Assembly (NCBI GenBank): GCA_951406725.2
Contig: OX597819.1
Span: forward strand, 104,470,001 to 104,534,000
Direction of reading: 5' to 3'
Origin: Octopus vulgaris
Taxonomy: Eukaryota
DNA length: 64,000 bases
Under the pieces are notes generated by a model, which worked only from the letters and a program-made list of their open reading frames with translations, searched no databases and was not told the origin of the DNA. The position numbers and the translations under genes are program-made. The number at the start of each line of letters is the position of its first letter. Within the stretch, counting starts at the first letter, position 1. Positions 56,406-64,000 of this stretch are shown in pieces.

Positions 56406-56897
56406 ACTCGGATAGTGGTGAGATGATGATAAATACGACGACAACGTCGATGACAAGGACGATGGCGATGCCGGTGGCGGTGGTGGCGACGACGACGGCG
56501 ATGATGAGGATGATGGCAACTACAACTAGTGGATAAGTTAAGTTAAGTTAAGTCAAGTTAATTTTTTGGCTCAAAAAGCAAAAAGCAAAGCCATGTAGGG
56601 GGACATAGAGTTATGTACAGGGTGGTGTTCATGCAAAGAGCTCAGGCCATTTCTGGATGCTGATGAACATAATGATAATGACGATGATGAAGGCGACGAC
56701 GGCGACACATGTGATGACAATGACGCAGGTGATGATGATAGATGATGACAATGATGATGACGATCATGATGATGATGATGACGACGACGACGACGACGAC
56801 GACGATGATGATGATGATGATGATGAATACGGCGACAACGTGGATGACAAGGACGACGGCGGTGGCGGTGGCTGTGGTGGCGACGTCGATGGTGATG
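56208..56897. repeat. ~300-bp tandem duplication of (GAT/GAC)n low-complexity DNA
   Basis: gatggcaactacaac(g/t)agt(t/g)gat occurs at 56208 and 56512. The unit resumes at 56656 after an insert. Confidence 0.75.
56535..56653 (-). mobile_element. Retroelement 3' end with (TTAAC)n tail and 5-bp TSD
   Basis: Minus strand ends gagccaaaaaattaacttgacttaacttaacttaactt. TGGAT is duplicated at 56530-56534 and 56654-56658. Confidence 0.6.
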
Positions 56898-57318
56898 GTA
56901 TTGGTTTGATGAATGACACAGAAGAGATGTGTCAGGTTTATACTGTTGCTGTAGCAGGTATCGCTCCGGATATCGCAGCTATTTGTTGTAGTTGTAGTTG
57001 TAGTTCTGGTTGTCGTCGTTACACAAACCCACATTTACTCTCCCGCATCCGTCCATATACAGACCCCCCACACACACACACAGACACACACACACATACA
57101 CACGCGCGCGCGCAAAAAAGGCGAGTAAATTTTGACATTGATAAATAGAGAGAAGACTGTATTGATGAAGAATTATGAGAAGTTCTCTCACACCATCATG
57201 ATAATATTTAGTGCCACACTTGGCAAGTGGACCAACAATTGACTTAGCGACATTCCCCATCTCTTAATGGAGTTTGCCTGACGTTCTTCTAAGGAACAAC
57301 CCTCACCTGTCAAACTCC

Positions 57319-57369
<51 letters not shown>

Positions 57370-57774
57370 ATTTCATTTATTTGTATCACCCTTTGTTTCT
57401 CTCTATCGGTTTTCCTTTTTGCTTGCTTCTCCTATTTCTCTTTCTCTCTCTCCTTCTCCCTCTCTTTCTCTCACAAATACACACACACAAAGTAATGGTG
57501 TTTAATTAGTTAGCACTGTTCAATTATTAGCTATAAATTCTGAAGAGACTCACTGTACTGGGATGGGATGGGTGTGGTGTGGTGGTGGGTGTGGCCGTGG
57601 TGGTCGTGACAATGTTGGTGGTAGTTGTTGCGGTGGTCGTGAATATGATAGTGGAGGAACTGGTTTTGGTTGTGGTGGTCGATGGTCGATGGTAATCAGT
57701 GATAATGATAATGTTGGTGGTGGAGATGATGTAGGAGTGGCCGGGTGTATGTAGTGATGGAGGAAGGTGGAGTT

Positions 57775-58700
57775 TTAGGACTTGGAGAGTGATTATTCTG
57801 GTAGTGAAAGAATTATAATGGTTGCTTAACCGCACATTCACTCTGAGATAGAAAACTTTCGATCAAAAGCAATCCAGCTGTGACCATCTTGTCGTTTTCC
57901 TATGTCAAGTGAATCCAGAGCTACATTAATGCATACGTTTAAGAGGGTTCGCAGTAACTCAAGGGAAATTTGGTTGCTATTTCTAGCATGTCGTGAGAGC
58001 AAGTAGAGTTACAGAATGATAATAGTAGTGGAGATATTAAAATGGTAACACAATTTGCACTTGTTTCAGTAGGTTTGTCTTGTATTTCTACTTCCCTAAA
58101 CCCGAGTTCTTCAAAAAGAAGGTTATGGTGATTGTTTGGTTGAGTACTGCTGGACTCATCCACTATAACCATTACTGCAGAAACATATTGCCATGAAATT
58201 GTTCAAATGAACGAAAAACTGTTACTCCTCTATCCCAGACTGGTCAATAGAAAAGAAACAATCATTCTTCATGACCATGCTCAAATACACATTTCACTAA
58301 TGACGGTCCAGAAGTTGAGGGAACTTGGCTACCAAGTTTCTCCCCACTCAGCTTATTCCCCAGACCTTTCTCCTACCGACTTAGGACTTGGAGAGTGGTT
58401 ATTCTGGTAGTGAAAGAATTATAATGGTTGTTTAACAACACATTCACTCTGAGATAGAAAACTTTCGATCAAAAGCAATCCAGCTGTGACCATCTTGTCG
58501 TTTACTTATGTCAAGTGAATCTAGAGCTACATTAATGCATACGTTTAAGAGGGTTCACAGTAACTCAAGGGAAGTTTGGTTGCTATTTCTAGCATGTCGT
58601 GAGAGCAAGTAGAGCTACAGTAATGATAATAGTAGTGGAGATATTAAAATGGTGACACAATTTGCACTTGTTTCTGTAGTTTTGTTTTGTATTTCTACTT
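57775..58700. repeat. ~320-bp direct duplication (57775-58093 and 58381-58700) flanking a mariner fragment
   Basis: Both copies run from ttaggacttggagagt to tgtatttctactt with scattered differences. Confidence 0.92.
58094..58380 (+). pseudogene. Internal fragment of a second mariner transposase
   Basis: PKP..KKVMVIVW..IHY/TITAETYC..ILHDHAQIH..HSAYSPDLSPTD. Confidence 0.85.
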
Positions 58701-59065
58701 GCATATATTTTCTTGCTTTTGTCAATTATAGATTTATTTTTACACTTTTTCCTCTCTAGTAAATACCCTCTCGATCTCAATATATTGAGAAAAGCAAAAC
58801 TAGAAAATCTTTTTTAAAAAAATACTTAATTGTCATCTTACAATCATTTTATAAACGATATCCGTTACATAAGTTAAAAACCTTGAAAGCAAATTACATT
58901 AACAAATATTCAGATTCGATGCAAACTAAATAACCTCTTTATGATTCATAATTAATATAGGATATTGTTATGATACTGACGACCCAAACATGAGGATTTC
59001 TCCATGTGTATTTACGTGCCTTCCTGGCATAAAGGCGAAAAGACTTGAAAAAAAAAAGAAAAAGG

Positions 59066-59326
59066 TTCTTTTATCTGTTTCAGTCATTTCCCTGCAGCCA
59101 TGCTGGAGCACCGCCTTTAGTCGAACAAATCGACTCCAGGACTTATTCTTTGTAAGCCTGGTACTTATTCTATCGGTCTCTTTTTGTCAAACCGCTAAGA
59201 TACGGGGAAGCAGACACGCCACCATCGATTGTCAAGCCACCATCGATTGTTGGGGGGATAAACACAGACACACACACACACTCTCTTTCTCTTTCTCTCT
59301 CTCTCTCTCTCACACACACACATATA

Positions 59327-59399
<73 letters not shown>

Positions 59400-59550
59400 C
59401 GGGCTTCTTTCAATTTCCGTCTACCAAACCCACACACAAGGCTTTGGTCAGCCCGAGACTATAGTAGAAGACTTGCCCAAGATGTCACGCAGTGGGACCG
59501 AACCCAGAACATGTGGTTGGTAGGCAAGCTACTTGCCACACAGACATTCC
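59066..59550 (-). mobile_element. tRNA-derived SINE, family A
   Basis: Homologous to 11823-12291 with an expanded internal CA/CT/TA tract. Confidence 0.88.
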
Positions 59551-60010
59551 AGTGCAAAACTTTTGATCTCAGAAAAAGAAAAATTATGTATAGACTCATA
59601 GCTATGTCTATACCATTGTATACGAATTTCTGTACGTCGTGTCTCCACGATTTCCTGGTTTGCATACTCTGCTCTCTATCTGCGAAACGCAGTCCGTAAA
59701 TCACAGAACTATTGACGGATTACATCTAAAATTTACAGAGTACTATTGACTAGGATGTGTACCGTTGTATATATGCAAAAAAAAAAAAGAAGAACTAACA
59801 ATCAAACAAATAGGCGCGCTATTTTATTTTTCGATGCGACGCTAAAGAGTTACATCAACTATATTACATCTACGTAATAAACACTGACTCGTTTATGTTT
59901 TATAAAGCTTGAAATACTATTTAGGTTTTGTGTGCATGCGTGTGTGTGTACACGTAAATGTATGCATGTATGTACGTAGGTACGTATTTATGTATGTATG
60001 TATGTATGTA

Positions 60011-60049
<39 letters not shown>

Positions 60050-60056
60050 GATAGAT

Positions 60057-60230
<174 letters not shown>

Positions 60231-60358
60231 TAATTCAATAAAAATGGTAAATAATTTTCCTGTGGTTTATCATGTAACCAACAATTATTTACCCGTAAAT
60301 TTCGGTATGTAAATACGACAAATTAATTGTCAAGACCTTTGTAAGGTTCAGTATATAG

Positions 60359-60468
60359 TAAAGAAAAAATAAGAAGGCTAACAGCAGGCTGTTTCACCTC
60401 ATACCGAAAGGAATTCCAATTCCTTCGGTATGAGGTGAAACAGCCTGCTGTTAGCCTTCTTATTTTTT

Positions 60469-60473
<5 letters not shown>
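60359..60473. repeat. Near-perfect palindrome (~56-bp arms, 2-nt loop)
   Basis: taaagaaaaaataagaaggctaacagcaggctgtttcacctcataccgaa(a)ggaatt-cc-aattccttcggtatgaggtgaaacagcctgctgttagccttcttattttttcttta. Confidence 0.95.
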
Positions 60474-60531
<58 letters not shown>

Positions 60532-62068
60532 TGCGTGTGTTTAACGTATATACCCATAGTATACTTGGAACTTACTGATATCCGTGAAAGACTGGAAGGT
60601 GAACTGCAAAGTTAGAAACCTCCAGGAAGGCCTTGGAGGTAATGAGAACGTTGTTGGTTCTTTCTAATTTAAGATTTGGGTTCTGTTGTTTAGACCTCAC
60701 GTCAGCATCAAATGCTGTGACCTAAGGTGAAAGACCTTTCAGCTATGACCAACCAATTTTAGTTTTATTCAATCGAGAACCAATTGTGGTTTATAATGTG
60801 AAAGATTTTGTTTCTATTTCTAGTAAAATGTGAGACCTCTTGAAATTGCCCTCGTTTCGTGTGCTCCTGTAATATCCTCGAGTGGAAGCAATTTTGATTG
60901 TATCCTCCTTACCTTACCATATTTGGTATGTGCCTTGTCAAAATACATCGATTTAGACAATATGAAGAAGCAGGCGAAAAGAAATACTAAATAAGAACAA
61001 CGACAACACATTCTCATTAATAACAAAACAACAATAACAACGACAACGTCTACAACAACAACTGCAAGGATGAACTCCCGACAAAGCAATTATGAAAGTG
61101 AAACCAATATATTAAGGCTGGGAAAGAAGTAATAAAGAGGCTAATTCAGGCATCATTGAAAGGGAGATGGTAGAAGGTGTCGATTGTTTGGACAATGTTT
61201 AAGATAGATGTTCACAGTTTTACATGTTCTGTGTGATTGTAATTCTGATAGTTCTTGTTGTGTGTTAGCTAACTTCTCTTTTGTTTCGGTTAGATCATAG
61301 AATAAAGGTTGAAAGAAAAGAATAGAGTGTGATAGGGAAAGAGATGGAGAAGAGGGAAGAGCAGGAGTAAAAAATTTAAATAATGAGAGTGAGACAAAGA
61401 CAAGGAAAGAGAATAACACGGAGAAGAAGAAAGTTGCTTAAACTAATGTAAGCAGGAAGAGGGAAGGAGAGAGAGAGCGGGGGGGGGGAGAGAAAGAGAA
61501 AGAGAAAGAGAAAAGATAAAAGAAAGAAAGAGAGCGAAAAGGGAGACAAGTAGCACCTGAAAATCTCAATATGGGAGAAAGAGAGAGGTAAGGAGGGCGG
61601 GAGAGAGGGAGGGAGGGAGAGACAGTGAGAGAGAGAGAGGGGGGGCGGAGAGCTATAATATAATTGAAAGATAGTGTGTGACAGATCTTCAACTGAAAAT
61701 CGAGAAAGATCTATAGAACGGAAGTCAGAGAGATGAAAAAGACAAATAAAAAGAAACTGAGAGATAAAGAGAGAAAGAAAGAGAGAGAGGTAAAGAGAGA
61801 AAGAGAGATAAAGAGAAAGAGATATATGTAAATAGAGAAAGAGACAGACAGAGTGACAGAGACAGAGATTGAGAGTGGTAAGGGAGGGAGAAAAAGATAT
61901 CTGGAACTGCTTTACTGAAAGAGAGATCAAGAAATTGTATTATGATCTGAAAAGAAGCGACTCTAAACGGAAGCTATGTGAAATATTTAAAACATGTCTA
62001 AGAGTTAATAAAAGACATATGTCATTTACTCTGCCTGTATGCATTTTTTAAACTTTTTTTTTGCTGAT

Positions 62069-62286
62069 CTCTTTTACTCTTTTACTCTTTTACTTGTTTC
62101 ACTCATTTGACTGCGGCCATGCTGAAGCACCGCCTTTAGTCGAGCAAATCGACCCCGGGACTTATTCTTTGTAAGCCCAGTACTTATTCTATCGGTCTCT
62201 TTTGCCGAACCACTAAGTGACGGGGACGTAAACACACCAGCATCGGTTGTCAAGCAATGCTAGGGGTACAAACACATACACACACA

Positions 62287-62343
<57 letters not shown>

Positions 62344-62510
62344 GATATACAGGCTTCTTTCAGTTTCCGTCTACCAAATCCACTCACAAGGCATTGGTCG
62401 GCCCGGGGCTATAGCAGAAGACACTTACCCAAGATGCCACGCAGTGGGACTGAACCCGGAACCATGTGGTTGGTAAGCAAGCTACTTACCATACAGCCAC
62501 TCCTGCGCCT
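62069..62510 (-). mobile_element. tRNA-derived SINE, family A
   Basis: Best-preserved copy, with an (AAAAGAGT)n tail. A degraded head-to-head copy follows at ~62530-62700 (+). Confidence 0.92.
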
Positions 62511-62774
62511 ATCTATCGACAAAAATTCAGCGCTGGCATGGCTGTATCGTTAAGGAGTTTGTTTCGTAATTACAGGGTTTCGGGTTCAGTCCCAATGCGT
62601 TGTACATTGCGTAATTATCTTCCACAGTAACTCTGGGCCTATAGGAATTTGGTAGACAGAAACAGTGCTGAAGCCCAAGATATGTGTGTGTGTGTGTGTG
62701 ATTGTATTTTACTACCTCATAATAGTCAAACACTTTAATACATACATTCATATACATACTTACATACACACACA

Positions 62775-62859
<85 letters not shown>

Positions 62860-62860
<1 letters not shown>

Positions 62861-64000
62861 CAATTAAAATAAAACAGAGAAAAAAGAAAAAGAAAAAACA
62901 AACGTGGGAACGTAGCACAAGCAATGTATTAATAAGACGCCCGGAGAAAGAAGAGAGTTGTTGTTTTACGTTTCGAGCATGGTTCTTCGTCGGAAACAAG
63001 AAAAACAGTAAAGTCCAAAGGGAACGAAGGAAGAAGGAGGAAAAATCGCCAACAGTCCACGTTAACTTACATTTCTGGTGTGACCGGAAGTAGAAAGAGG
63101 AAGAGAAAATGCATTCTGGGAAGGAGAGTGTGAAGATGGTTAGCATGTGTGTATGTGTGTATTAGGGGGGATAGCATGTGTGTGTGTGGTAGCGTGTGCA
63201 TGTACGGTAGCGTGTGTGTGTATGTGTGTGTGGTAGCGTGTGTGTGTGGTATTAACTTTGTGTGTGTTTGTGTAAGTAGTTACTCTGTGTGTGAGTATGT
63301 GTGGTAGGTAGGATGTGTGCGTGTGGTAGAATCTATGTGCGTGTGTATTAATGTTGCTCTGAATGGTCAGCAGCTATAGTGACAGGTGTGTGTGAATGGG
63401 CGAGCGTGGCCGTGTGTGTGAGTGTATGTGATTGTATGTGTGTGTAGATGGAAGGGTGACTATAGAGTCAGAGGCAGTCTGAAAGGTGTGTGAAATGGTG
63501 AGTGTGGCTATGTGTGTGTCGGTGTGTGTGCGTAGACGGACTGGGAATGTGTGTATGAGTTGTGTGTGTGTGCACTCGTGTATGAGTGCGTGTGTGTCTC
63601 TCTCCATGTCACTCTGTCTCTCCCTCTGTATATATATGCGTGTGTGTATGGGTGTGCTTGTACTTGTGTCTATGTGCGTGTGAGTGTGTATGTAGTGTAT
63701 GTGCATGTATATGAGTGTATGTGTGTGTGTGTGCGGGCGGGCGGAGGGGGGTGTTTGATGTGTGCGTGCATGTAAGCGTGTGTGTGTATGGTGTGTGGTG
63801 TGTGGTAAAGGAACATAAAAAAGTAAAAAAATAACACAAATAAATAATGAAAATAAAAATTAGTAATAGTAAAATAATTAAAAAGGTTGTGAATAAATCA
63901 GTAACAGAAATAGAATCAGCCACCAAAAATCAGTAACAGAAAAGGGGTGAGGGGAAAGTCACTGAGAAGAGGGGGTTGTGTTGAGTCCGAACGGAGTTCG
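62860..64000 (-). mobile_element. 3' end of a probable Penelope-like element (ORF end, CA-rich UTR, pseudo-LTR P1)
   Basis: At the window edge the minus strand reads RTPFGLNTTPSSQ* (stop at 63959-63961), a PxGLN motif typical of PLE GIY-YIG ends. Downstream lies the P1 repeat with gttt-CCGACGA-a-gaaccatgctc-GAA-acgt-A-aaac at ~62963-62997. Confidence 0.5.

Noticed and set aside
56208-56897. Second case of a duplication flanking an insert, like 57775-58700
   Set aside because: The unit boundary precedes the insert and there is a 5-bp TSD, so it is an ordinary insertion into a pre-existing tandem duplication.

Overview
Eukaryotic, AT-rich, microsatellite-saturated non-genic DNA. I found no convincing host exon, rRNA, tRNA gene or CRISPR array, and nearly all ORFs in the track are repeat artefacts. 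The repeat content suggests an octopus or other cephalopod genome (inference). The window is a transposon graveyard with these components: (1) a 13-24.4 kb cluster of seven copies or fragments of R4/Dong-type RLE non-LTR retrotransposons, the five copies in 13.3-19.4 kb strung on (TAA)n tracts; (2) Penelope-like remnants with inverted termini and several hammerhead-ribozyme-like motifs; (3) several SINE families (tRNA/CORE-like, Deu/Nin-like, Meta-like) and an unclassified CAA-tailed repeat; (4) an RTE LINE remnant, a decayed DD34D mariner, Helitron-like elements and a tiny TTAA-flanked MITE; (5) several local rearrangements (micro-inversions, a foldback palindrome, and a duplication with a templated insert). 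All identifications are by eye and coordinates of degraded elements are approximate.
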